From the NCBI GenBank assembly GCA_964035545.1, contig OZ037767.1, positions 19,918,628 to 19,982,627 of the forward strand: a DNA stretch of 64,000 nucleotides, written 5' to 3'. Source of the DNA: Bugula neritina. Its lineage: Eukaryota; Animalia; Bryozoa. Below, piece by piece: positions 10,496-22,948 of this stretch. How positions within the stretch are numbered: the stretch's first letter is position 1; each line of letters opens with the position of its first letter. Below the pieces are notes generated by a model. The model was not told the origin of the DNA. It saw only the letters and a program-made list of their open reading frames with translations, and ran no database searches. A program made the translations under genes and the position numbers.

Positions 10496-13138
10496 TTAAA
10501 TAGATTTTTGTAGAATGAAATACCCAGTCACTACAATTCCTGTGATTATGGCCAGCCCTGCAACTACACTCTTCATTTCATTCAGCACTTCTTTTCTCTC
10601 CCAATCTGTACCATACACAGTTTTCAACGAATCCTACAATTATGTTCCCAAATAAAGCATCTTTTTCATGTGACATAAAGTTTTAAATCGTTAAATTTAC
10701 TTGAAATCACGAAAAGGATGTGCTCATTTTTGGCCCACTTGTATTTATTTGCTAGCTGTGCTCTTTTACTTGCAAAACTTTTCTAATTACATTGTATTAG
10801 AAAGCATACACTTCTACTTCTGCAGCATATATAGTATATACCATATAGTTACTGCCTTTAGTCTATCTATACAATCACTCACCCAGCCCCCATTGGCTCC
10901 TATCCATTGTTCCAGGTAATTCTCCCTGAAAAACGTTTCACACCACTCAACTAGGTTTCTGATTTGATCAGCACAACCCAGTTTCATAGCCCTGACTGCC
11001 AGACGGCCAGTGTACACCATCACCTGAAGAGAAAGGTCAATAGGTCAACACATGTCCTAGCAAAGCGTATTAGGAGCAGTAGTGGAGAAATTGAGACAGT
11101 CTAATTTTTTAAACCTTTTATTGAATTTTGGTTTGGCGTGCGGGTTTGAAATTCTTGCGAGAACATAACTTCTTATGCTATATTTCTAATTTAGAACACA
11201 GGCTTTTCGCAAGTTCTCCATTACTGCAGATACCTCAACAGAGCAGCTTTAGTTACAGTTTACCAACTAATCCTTTTCTACAACTCCCAGTCAAATTCGT
11301 GTTGGTCATGTCTTTGCTATTTGAAATAATATATTCAAATGCTCTCTTAAGCTGCTTTACACACACCAAGGGCAATTTTTTACAATGTAACAGACCTTTT
11401 CTTCAAGTTAGTCAGTGTTGAGGTAGTTTTTTATGCACAAATAACTAACATGTTCATTGATTTGGCCATAAAATCAGTTCTATGTTATTTTTTTGTTTAC
11501 TTCAATCTCTAAACTTACCAGAACGAGCTTGCCCCAGTTGATCTTCCTATCACTAAATATTTCACACAGCACGCTGAAATAGTCCGATTTTGCTGATTTC
11601 CCCATCAAGTCAAACTGTTGCTCAGACATGTCTAGAAAGGCTGAGAGGTACTGGTGACACTCCATGTCCTTGCCTACAATAATACTATGGAACTGAGGCT
11701 TCTACGGCTTTATATGCTGTGATGTAGACATCTATCTGCTGCTTGTTGACGAGTTAAAGAATGTATTAAAAATAGTATCATTCACCACCATTAGTTACAT
11801 ATTTTCTCAGGGTATTATGACTCTCCTTTGAAGATCTGCTTAATTTCTAATGCAATGTTGACACTCAAACCTAATATTTAGGTCTACCTTCTATGTGGCT
11901 ATTATATAAAAACATTACATGATATAATTCAGTTACAATTAATAGATTCAATGAAGCACTTGCCATCACTGCTGCCGATGTGTTATTAACTTAACCCTAT
12001 AGCTTAAACCCCTCAGCCACACAAAAAAGAATTACCACTCTTGATATAACTGACCCTGACTATTCGCAAGTATTTTACTTGAAATTTCTTTGTTTAATGA
12101 TTCTCTATTTGCTGCTGCATATTTGGATATAAAGCTTTTAGCAGCCATTGATTATATCTACCCATCCCCTTTCCCCTTACAAGTTCCCTGTCTATCCACT
12201 CCTTTTACTCACCCACTATCCGGACCTGGTTCATTGCCAATGACTCATCCAAATGCATTCCTGTAAACAAATCTCTTATTGACCTCAGATCCATCCCACA
12301 GTACCCCTCCTCATTAAGTCTGAAACAGAACATAGTTCTTAGGCTATACTATACAGTCCCTAGGCTATCTGCAGAATATTATACTGTATAGTTCCTAGTT
12401 TATCTGCAGAATATTATACTATATAGTTCCTAGTTTATCTGCAGAACAATATACTATACAGTTCCTAGTTTATCTGCAGATTATTATACTATACAGTCCC
12501 TAGTTTATCTGTAGAATATTGTACTATACAGTCCCTAGTTTATCTGCAGAATATTATACTATACAGTCCCTAGTTTATCTGCAGAATATTTTACTATATA
12601 GTTCCTAGTTTATCTGCAGAACAATATACTATACAGTTCCTAGTTTATCTGCAGAATATTATACTATACAGTTCCTAGTCTATCTGCAGAATATTATACT
12701 ATACAGTTCCTAGTTTATCTGCAGAATATTATACTATACAGTTCCTAGTTTATCTGTAGAATATTATACTATACAGTTCCTAGTTTACCTGCAAATAATA
12801 TACTATATAGTTCCTAGTTTATCTGCAGAGTATTATACTGTATAGTTCCTAGTTTATCTGCAGAATATTATACTATACAGTTCCTAGTTTATCTGCAGAA
12901 TATTATACTATACAGTTCCTAGTTTATCTGCAGAATATTATACTATACAGTTCCTAGTTTATCTGCAGAATATTATACTATACAGTTCCTAGTTTATCTG
13001 CAGAATATTATACTATACAGTTCCTAGTTTATCTGCAGAATATTATATTATATTGCATACCAAACCCTGTTTTTGAAATACTAAAGCATCTTACCTAAAT
13101 CTAATATAATCTAGCAAGATCTCCCTTGTTTTAGCCAT
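10496..13138 (-). CDS. Bcl-2 family protein, paralog A (~194 aa); exons 13138-13095, 12319-12213, 11673-11519, 11023-10883, 10633-10496
   Basis: BH4-like KTREILLDYIRFRL; BH3-like QVRIVGKDME; BH1 EIFSDRKINWGKLVL; BH2 EQWIGANGGW; TM tail VVAGLAIITGIVVTGYFIL. Start codon is uncertain. Confidence 0.88.
12345..13050. repeat. 35-bp minisatellite (~20 copies) in Bcl-2 A intron 1
   Basis: Unit atacagttcctagtttatctgcagaatattatact repeated in tandem. Confidence 0.95.
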
Positions 13139-13688
13139 ATCTTTACTTGTACAAACTTCCCCTGTGGTCTATGATCAGGCCTGCCTGATTTGGTGTCTAT
13201 TTATTTAGTAAATTTAAACCAATCATGCACTAAATAACTCTTTCACTTGAAATATATTATTATTCACACAAATCTTAACTATTGTCAAGAAATATCTCAG
13301 GAATGCTGCTCAAAAATCTCGAAAACTGTAAAATATTTTTGTTAATTCGAGTTTCTAGTGCAATTGCCTTCAAATCTCTGAATCATCTTCTGCAGTAATT
13401 TTACAATTGGCTTGTTGCTAATAAAACATAGAGCAATAAAATATATTTATTATGAATATGAAAAGCCTAATGTGTTGTTTACTTGAACCACATTGCTGCT
13501 TTAGATATATAATATGTGCAGATCTATCATACAGCTGGTAATTCTCAGGCCTGTAGTTCCTACTACTTTTCTAAAGCTTGTATTATTTCTACAGTTACTA
13601 TTATTTCTACACGTAGTATTATTTCTTCAGGTTAGGCTATAGTATTATTTCTACAGGTTGTAGTATCATTTCTACAGATCACCTCAAC

Positions 13689-16600
13689 ATGATAGTCTGC
13701 CTGCTGCCGCTGCTGCTGTCCACTGTAATAGTAGTCTCGGTGAGTAAATGGTAAGGCATATGTGTTGGCAGAACTAAATATTAAAAAGTTGTTCCTGACA
13801 ATAGCTTTAGTAGTATGATTTTCTGCTGTGTTGTATTATACTGCACTGTAATATTATATACTATTTTTTATTATATAGTCCTGTATTATATTATGCTATA
13901 TTGTATTATATTGTATTATATTATACTATATTGTACTATATTATATTATATTGTATTGTATTATATCGCACTGCATTATATTGCACTGTAGTACATATTA
14001 TATTACGCTTACGTTGAACTATGCCCTAGTACCTACTACCTAAGCTGCTGACTAAGCATGTCATAACAATGAATTCGTATCTAATTGCACGTTTCCAATA
14101 TGGCGACCACAGGGCGGTTTTGGTGATGTCAATGAAGAGAGATCCTGGATTTACAGCTCCTGTGAAGCCAGTCAAAAAGTTCAGGCTGACATAGCCTTAG
14201 GTTTTGCTTACATTGATGCACCAAAAGTTACGGTGTTGCTGGACTATGGAACGGTGAGTCTGTAACTGAAGCTATATTTCTATTACTCAGCAGTTTGGAG
14301 TTGTCTTTTCTTTACATATCCTGTACAATGAAACTAAAAACACCTCAACAATAATGAGTAATTGCTGTTGCATTTTAGTATAAGAAAGACACAGCGTCCT
14401 ATTATCACCAAATCTACTTAGTACTATAAGTAGTTAAATGATCAACTGGGTTTTATTATATGCTTCAGTATTACATTCCTCCGATACCCTTGCTTCACCA
14501 ATACTACACCTCACTACACCCCTGTGACACTCTTACTAGACTTCTTCGTAATCTACCTGAGCAATCTACTTCTAAACCTCCAACACACTCATTACACACC
14601 TCTACTACACTCCTTCCACATCCTACTACACTCCTTCCACACCCCTACTACACTCCTTCCACACCCCTACTACACTTCTGCTGTATTTCTGCTGTACCCC
14701 AATTTACAACCACATATTCTCATTTTTGCAGCTTCAGCTACCTGCCACCATCTGTATAACTACTCACCAACTGTGTTTAAACTATACATGAGTAGTTATT
14801 GTGTATAGATGGCAGCAGGTAACTGTGTACTCATTAACTACCAGTAAACTCCTCTCTGTGTTTAAAGGATTGCTCTATCTTGCCTTATAAATGGCCATTT
14901 AGGTCAAACACACATAATATTGTGTTTTTCTAAGCATGCATTGACAAAAAGCATTTGACCAAAGGTAGAAAAAGTTAGTTGAAGTTGAGGGTGTAGATCG
15001 GTAACAGCCAAAACGCCGATTTTGAAATGAGCTGGGAAATGTGACGTAACAGCGCCAGCATTCCTGCTGGTCACGTGACTATACAAATGAATAACTATAG
15101 AAATATGACTGTGAGATGTGATCTTTCAGCTCGAAATTTGTATATTTATAGAAGTGCAAATGTTAATTATCTCAATCTATAGTTTTTTGACATCTTAAAT
15201 AACATGTATGTGATAACATTAGGCCATATTTTGCTTGTAAACGTATTAGGCTATTCTTTTTCATGGCTGAAAATTTTACCTCCCTCAAAATTGGAATTTT
15301 GAAAAGCTGTCTTCTAGGCATATATCCCTTTGCAAAGTCACAATTGTTTGCATACACATTAGATTATAGTTCATAATTATAATGTGATTGTAATAAACTA
15401 AGATTGAGCAATCCTTTAAACTATTATATACAATAGATACGTTTGAATTTTTGTGTTTTCTATTTTTTTTCTGCATTCCAGAACGAAGCTGCCTTCCACT
15501 TCAAAGAGTCTTCACGATGCCTTGTTGCTCCAATAGACAAGAGAATGTTTCCTGGCTCAGCGGGTGAACTCGAGATGCGGGCTGCAGATTTCACCTTTAA
15601 AGTTTGTAACACAATATTTTGCTGCACATATTACACCTTCAAACTATGTAACTTTAAGTTCTACTGCAAATCACACTTTCAAAGTATGTACATTTAGCTC
15701 AATTTTGTGCTGCAGATTTTGTCTTTTATTTTGAACATTTAGAAAATGGGTAGTATAGTTGAGGTCTAGTGAGTGGAGCTTAGTAAACCCGAGGTCATGG
15801 GTTCAAATCCTAGTAAAGGTCAGTTGGGGATGTTAGGAAGGACATTCAGTCATAATTGCTCCTGTACCATAATTGAAATAAGTCCTTAGCCCAGTTAAAA
15901 AGTTTCCTTCAAGAGGTTCTCACAGGAATGAAGTCTTTTAGAAAGTGTGAGTCATGAACTAGCCTGAGAACGGGATGCAAATTTCAACTTGACCTCAATA
16001 TGCCTCTAACATTTATCCCAGGTGCAAGTAACCATTATAACATACAAACTAAAAGCTCTAGTCTTACAGCGTAGGCTGCAGGGATATCAACTCTATTTAA
16101 TTGCGCTTCAGTGCTGATTTGAAGGATTTATCAGTCCCATATTTAAATCAAATAATAATATTATTTGATTCACAATTGGCTTTACTTCACACAATTGCAT
16201 CACACATGCAAGAGGGTTAACACGCTTTTTTCTACATTGTACATAGACAACTCTTACAATTTCTTACTGGTATGTAATAGTTTGGTTTGTTGCTCAACGG
16301 TTCAAGTTTTGGAATTGCTATAGAAATACACATGCAATAGATGATTAAATGATTGACACAGAAATGAAGATAAGTTCATATAAACTCTGAAAATTCTTGA
16401 GATCAAGTTGTATCATTCTCAAACTCTTACGGCCTGGCCACACACTCGGGAGAATAACACGAAGCTGTCTATTTTACACGAAAAGACAAATTTGAGAGAG
16501 TTCATATGGAATATTGTTCACTAGGTGCACCCTCTGAAAGCAATTGACGATATACGCACCACTTGATTGGTCAATAGAATTTTAGCAACAATTATTATTT

Positions 16601-17593
16601 CAGTTCTACTACGTTTCTGTGTCTGGCAATCTTCTGCTGTGCAAACCCATTCATGGACTATTTATTATGTGTTTTGTCCGGCGAGAGAATAACTCACAAA
16701 AATCTTCACACAACTTTCACGTGATTCTTTAGAGTGTGTGGCCAGGCCATTAGTTTAATTTTGGTGCCACCATTTGCATTGCGTGTACTCTCTTATTACA
16801 TATACCCCCACCTCTACTGCCTTCAACTCCACTGCATTTCTCTGGTTTGTCCTTTACCCAGTCACTCATCTTTTTTCAATATATAAGTATATAAAAAAAA
16901 TTATGTACATGTATAATCTGTAGCACATTATATTAAATGCATAGCTTAATTTCCCAATGTCTAATTCATTTTCCAACAGCACAGTTCAGGAGACTCCTCA
17001 AAGTTTCCCGTGTATAAACTAGTTAGAAACTCGGGCAACATTGACTTCAATGACCACTTCAACCAGGACGCATCCTTAGCCAAGATAAAGAGTGACTTGA
17101 TTGTGGAGACGTGTGAAGACGCCACCCAACTGGCTACGGCCTCAGTGCTGCATGTGGACCAGACCGGTACGAGAGCTGTTATCTCTCTTGTATAATCAGT
17201 ATCACTACCCTCTTAACTTATAAGGAGCTTATTCTACTTGATATACTGAAGTTTTGCTTTTTGATTACACTATTACCTTGGTGTATGTATATAATATGCA
17301 AACTGTGAGATGAAACATTAATACAATAATGGAATACGATTTTGAATATAATATATGAACAATATTGCGAGAATCTGACACGTGTATAATACGAAATAGA
17401 ATTGCAGTCAAGAACAATAGTCAAGTTTTTCATGTGATGGTAGTTAATAGTGTAAATATTTGGTTTTGTTTACAAAAATATATTGGCTTTTTTACTTCAT
17501 GTTATTTTCTTGCCTTTTGTAGATATTGAGTGTAACAGCCTGGATAAACTACTCTGTGTTATGAATATGAAGATCTGTGAGAGCAGGCAGTAA
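13689..17593 (+). CDS. Secreted BRICHOS-like protein (~189 aa); exons 13689-13739, 14113-14253, 15482-15601, 16980-17166, 17523-17593
   Basis: Signal peptide MIVCLLPLLLSTVIVVSGGFG; TVLLDYGTNEAAFHFKESSRCLVAPID and LIVETC match the BRICHOS D-x-C...C pattern; Cys-rich tail; all splice phases are consistent. Confidence 0.72.
14866..15415. mobile_element. Non-autonomous DNA transposon with TTAA target duplication (Kolobok-like)
   Basis: TIR AGGATTGCTC(T/A)ATCTT matches at 15/16; TTAA at 14862-14865 and 15416-15419. Confidence 0.75.
15748..15900 (+). mobile_element. Degenerate tRNA-derived SINE
   Basis: B box GGTTCAAATCC at ~15800 with an upstream A-box-like segment; no intact cloverleaf; 3' boundary uncertain. 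Confidence 0.5.
16430..16749. mobile_element. PIF/Harbinger (Tourist-like) MITE
   Basis: TIR GGCCTGGCCACACACTC; TTA at 16427-16429 and 16750-16752. Confidence 0.8.
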
Positions 17594-18905
17594 CGCTTCT
17601 ACCAGCTTCTTCTGGTAACGACACAACATCTTGGCAGATTTTTTTTAGCTTTATTTGTATTTTACGCAAAATAATTTTTAATAAAATGCTTCTTATGTTG
17701 TTGTATTCTTTTTCATTCATTTCAAAATCTGCTGCCGTTGCCATGGTTACCGAGTGAGTTGTGTGCCCTCAACATCTGCAGGTCTTATCTTCGTCTGCTG
17801 TGAACGTCATCAGGGTGGGAGTAGACGTAATACAAGGAGGTCTGCCATGATTCTCCCACCATTCTGTAAACAAAGAGTTAGGTTCTACAGCTACACTGAA
17901 GGCTATGCCAGTACTCCCCCTAGTAAAAATGCTTGTAGCTAAGGCTAAAATAACTGTTAATTATTTTGTTAATAATCACAGCGGAACTTAGTTGGAGTTG
18001 TTCCAGATAGAATTATTCACACCCAAATAGTTTAAGTTGTCTCTATTAATAAATTTTATCAAGCAAGATGAAAATTATAATCATCAGATAATTATAACAA
18101 CTTCTATATGGGATAAACAGATGGAAAGATAGAACTAATGTGAGATAAAACCCTAACATGTGGTCATATTCTAGGGGTACATTTGGTATTGGATAAACCA
18201 CCCTGTTACTATGCAATGTCAGTCATTTAACAAATACCCGTCGCCATGGTGCTGGCCAAAAGAATACGTAGACACTCCATGCATGTTAGGCATTACTTAA
18301 CGCTAAGTGACAGAGAAAGTAATCGTAAATGAAGCACAGCGTAGCAGAATATATAATATGATATAACATTATTTAATGTAGAGAGTAATTAGTGCCTGAA
18401 TAATAAGGCTACACATCATTGCTTTATTAATAGGAAATATATTTCTCATTTCAAATGGTGCTTTACACACGTTTAGTATTTACATCCTGTTTGAATGATT
18501 AATAGAGTAGCTATTCAGTCAACTCATTCACGGTTTCCTTAGGTTCACCTTACGCATGTAAATCAGCGTCTTTCACTTTCAGGTGAACACGTGCTACTGT
18601 TTAGAAACAATGTCGTCACTGTGCCTGGCTGTATCAGCAAATAGTTTAATTGGTATCATTGTTGAGGCAATATTTAAGCATAGGATATTCAAGTTGACTG
18701 CTTCAAGCAATGAAATATATTAGACAATTGTTGCCACCATATTGCCAAGTTCTGCATTTGATGATTGCTTTCACAAAGGGATAAGTAATGTAACAACAAA
18801 TGCCAAGGTTATCTATAGTTTAAGATGGACACCATTTATAAAATAGTAATATGATAAAAAATGTCAATTAAGTAACTCAATAGTCTGTAGTATGACACCA
18901 GAACC

Positions 18906-19343
18906 TCACCTTTGAACCTGCTGATTCTTTGCCAGAAAGAAAAGCGCGAGGAGAAGCAGAATTCCTACGAGAACTCTGAAGCCGTAGCTCCAAGTTGTGT
19001 CGCTGTCTTGTTTGATAAAGTACTTAGAGGTCGCCGCCGAAGCCTTGGTTAGCATTCCACTCATACAGTTGAGGTGTCTGGCAGCCTCCCCCGCTAGATT
19101 GTCGCAGAGTTCTTCAGTCTTGCTCATAGCGGGCATACTTCTGCTCGCTGTAGCCATGCAGTCATACTCCATAGGATCTGGAAATCTGTAAGAAGATGCA
19201 GGGGTCGGTGTGCGGTTCCTATACGGTTTTCTAGACTGTGATCTTGAGTTGGACTTGGACTTGGTTCTAGAGTTTGATCTTGTTCTTGAACGAGATCTCT
19301 TTTTTAGAATTGATCTTTTTGGCGAACATCTATTTCGTGCCAT
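18906..19343 (-). CDS. Unknown ~145 aa protein: basic RS-rich N-terminus and C-terminal transmembrane helix
   Basis: ORF from ATG 19343 in a locally GC-richer segment; RSRSRTRSNSR tract; VLVGILLLLALFFLA. May splice (AG|gtgagg) to an exon near 17790-17863. Confidence 0.6.
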   Translation of the reverse strand: MARNRCSPKRSILKKRSRSRTRSNSRTKSKSNSRSQSRKPYRNRTPTPASSYRFPDPMEYDCMATASRSMPAMSKTEELCDNLAGEAARHLNCMSGMLTKASAATSKYFIKQDSDTTWSYGFRVLVGILLLLALFFLAKNQQVQR

Positions 19344-20434
19344 TTTTTCACTTTTTTGTTTTATTTTTTTCTTAATTTTTCTGCCAGCAGTTATTTTTAT
19401 CCACTCCACCCTAGATGAAGCCACACAATTCTTATTGTTGAGCTCACAAAATTTTCTACATTCACGTTTTCACAGAATTTTTCAAATTTTTTAAATAAAA
19501 TGTTGATATGAATTTGTATTCTATCAGTTTACATTCTATACTGGCAATATATTTGTAGATTTTTACATAATTGAAACAATATTTTAACTGGACTTGTAAT
19601 TGATCTATGTATTTATTGTTCATAGTTTTATGTGCTGTAATTATTGTAGCTGAGATTTAGAAAGACATATTAGAGGTTATTGTACTTGTAACATAATGTT
19701 ATGTCACGCTCATATACTTAATAAGGGTAACAAACTTTCACAGCACCTGCTGTTTGAAGGTCTTCTGATCATGCCATTGACTAACTTATGTATGTTCAAC
19801 TACGGTTTTGGATACAAATACACAGACTAGTCAGCAGCCTGCATGTATTGCCATTATCATAGTCTCTAGGTTTACACATAACAGCTGGGGGGTATACTAG
19901 TACGCCCCCCAAAAAAATTCTATAAACCAATGGCATTCCTTATTCAACCTCTCTCTATTTCAGCATTTCCACGAACTTCGGGGACTTATAATTGCTAATT
20001 CTGGTTTTTCTTATATAATATTGTACAGTAACGTATAATTGTTGAAATATTTAAAAGATATGACATGCTTCTTCATTTAATTTCCATATCGTGTACAAAA
20101 AAGCATCGTATATTTCAATTATGCTAAATTGAAAGCAGAACAAAGCTAAGACACATTTTCTCAACTTCTTTACCTGCATGAAGCACTTCACCACCTCTAA
20201 GCCGTCACCATCAATCATGTCATCACATACTTTCTGCTCTTCTTGAGCTTGCTGTACGTCATCACACTAGGTTGGTGAAGTGGTGCGTGCGCTTCCAACT
20301 TACATCATTCCAGCCACCGGGTCATTTGCTAAGTTGAGTTGCTTCACAGGTTCTTCTGCTTGCAGAGTAGCTGTCAGTTTTTACAGGATAAACACATGTT
20401 TTGTCATATGAGCATTACTTTATAGATTATATTA

Positions 20435-21196
20435 TCACCGGCTTTCCATGGATCGATCCCAGTGAGATCGATCTGAGAAATGTGCTCAGATCGATCATTT
20501 TTCCATCGATCTATCGATCTTTCGTAGTTGCCTCCTCTTGAGTGAATAAATTTTTTAAGGGTAATTTTTTCACTCACTTGAGTGATTAAAGCTACTTAGA
20601 TTAGAAAACAAGATTTTTGTAGTCTAGAAATTAACGCCAGCTATAAACTATACGAAGCAAAGCTCTTAGTGTGAAGTAATTTGGCCAATTAAAGATAATT
20701 AATTTTAATTCTTTAGCTTGGTAGCTTATATAAGATTAATAGCTGTCTTGCAGATCATTCATAAACTTAGAGGATTGTTAGGCTTGAAACTATGCACTAA
20801 ATAACTAATGAAAGTAAGTTTTACTAGTCATTTAAATTCCATTTAAATGCTCCCATTTTTGGTACCTTCTACCATCTATAATTTTACATAATTGAGTTTT
20901 CTCCATCATAGTAATGAAAGTCAATGTTTTGCTATTTGAAAATGTGGCTATCGTAATTATTAAGTACTTTGCTTAGTAATTATCAATAAGTTATTATTTT
21001 TATTAGCAGACAACATTATAGCGCACAGTCTTTTTCTACTTCTCAGATCGATCTGGCGTCTTTGCATGGTCTTATTGACATGAGATCGATCTGAGTTTGA
21101 GCGCCACAGACCGACCAGCTCAGATCGACGGAGATCGATCTCTGGCGTCTTTCCATGGATCGATCTCGCTGAGATCGGTCTATGGAAAGCCAGTGA
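20435..21196. mobile_element. MITE with long TIRs and GATCGATC subterminal repeats
   Basis: TCACCGGCTTTCCATGGATCGATC matches the reverse complement of the right end, TCACTGGCTTTCCATAGACCGATC. Confidence 0.8.
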
Positions 21197-22948
21197 CTGG
21201 ATCTCCAGTGAGGTTGAATGCTACACATAGAAATAAATGAGCCAAACATAAAAATTCAGTTTATAAATGCTTGCATATACCAGCTCTTAATTTCTGTTTG
21301 AGATAAGCTCATGATTTATAGGCTTTTAGATAGACTTTGTAAATTTGCATATCATATACTTATAAGATACACCTATAATATATACACCTATAAGATATAC
21401 CTATAATATATACACCTATAATATATATACCTATAATATATACCTATAAGATATACACCTATAAGATATACCTATAACATATACCTATAATATAATATAT
21501 TATAGGTGTATTATAGGTATATATTATAGGTATATTATATGCAAATTTACAAATATATGTACATATATATACATGTACATATATTTATATATATGTATAT
21601 GTATATATATTTGACTTTTATATAACATTAAAAAACATCCATACGGAGATTAGGAGTATACCACATTTATTAGACATTAGAGACTTCACCATGCGTCTAT
21701 ATATGGAATTGGTGAACTTTAAGTAGTTTATATTATAACCTGCTAACATATAAAGTTTGTAATAGTTTTTGGTATCTACAGAACAACGTTGCATACATAT
21801 GCAGTCACGCCCCCATCGTTTTCCAATGATGTAAAACAACCCTGTGAGTGACTATTCCTTTGTGATAGCACTTTACTAAACTATATTAAAAGATCTTTTC
21901 AGAAAAAGACAAACTGCAATGTTTATATTAATACAGTAAAAGCAACATGTGACGACTTATTTTCCCACAGCTGTATATTTTATTTCATTAATTAAGCTAT
22001 GCTATGTTTCAGTATGATTTTATCATTCAAATTTTAAGGACGGTTTTTAAACTCTTATAATTAATATCATTACAAATTTGAGGCGTGCTTTTTCTGCAAT
22101 GCATAATATATAACTTATACATCTTCTAGAAAACACATTTAGTTTTATGGAACCTAATCCTGAAATCTCTCAAGTTTTCTAAAGATGTGGTGGAATACTG
22201 AAATATACCAATTTTATTCTGCTCTGAGCTCCATTAACAACCATATTTCCATTTTTTGTTTTCCTTGCTGCAGATTGCCTACACATCCTGCAGTCGAAAG
22301 ATTAATGTGCAGATATTATGCAGGTAATCTGTGCAGTGCCAATTGGAGAGCGGTATTCTGGGTGAAGTTGGTGAGAAAGTGATAGATCATCAGGATATTA
22401 TAATCTCGTACTTAATTTATCCCAAAATAATATACCAATACTCGCAAATGCAGTTGATTTGAAAACAGGCATGTATGAGTTTATGGTGCACCAAAAACGA
22501 TTACATGTTATTTAAGCACTTAAAGAGATTGAATGAAAGCTGTCAACTATACTTTGTATTTAGCAAAACTTAATAGTACTTATAAAATCGTCTGGTTATA
22601 ATACTATGAAAAGATTTCGAATGTAATTTACAGATAAACTTCAAAATTATTGAATATAACTATTTTAAAAGTTTGTGTATAACAATAATATATAAAGATA
22701 TATTACGTTACTGTTTTATCATGTGATTATACAACGCACTGCATACAACGAGCATTTCCTGTTGCTGAAAGTTTCTAGGTCAAGAGTAAAGTTACAAAAA
22801 TTTCATTGGAAAGAAATGCCAGCATTTCTTTGAGGTTAAATCCGTAATAGGAAGTGAGTATCATTAGGTACGGCAACTGGAAGTGACATCATCAACGGGT
22901 GCTGCCTTTTCTACTGCTGTCTCTCTCGCACCTTATCCTAGCCCACAG

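Noticed and set aside
13683-14059. Extra 5' exons of Bcl-2 A on the minus strand
   Set aside because: The same DNA is better explained as the plus-strand signal-peptide exon with a strong gtgagt donor.
15748-15820. tRNA gene
   Set aside because: B box is present but there is no acceptor stem or cloverleaf; treated as a SINE head.
20173-20375. Minus-strand exon-like segments
   Set aside because: Could not be joined with consistent phases or assigned to a gene.
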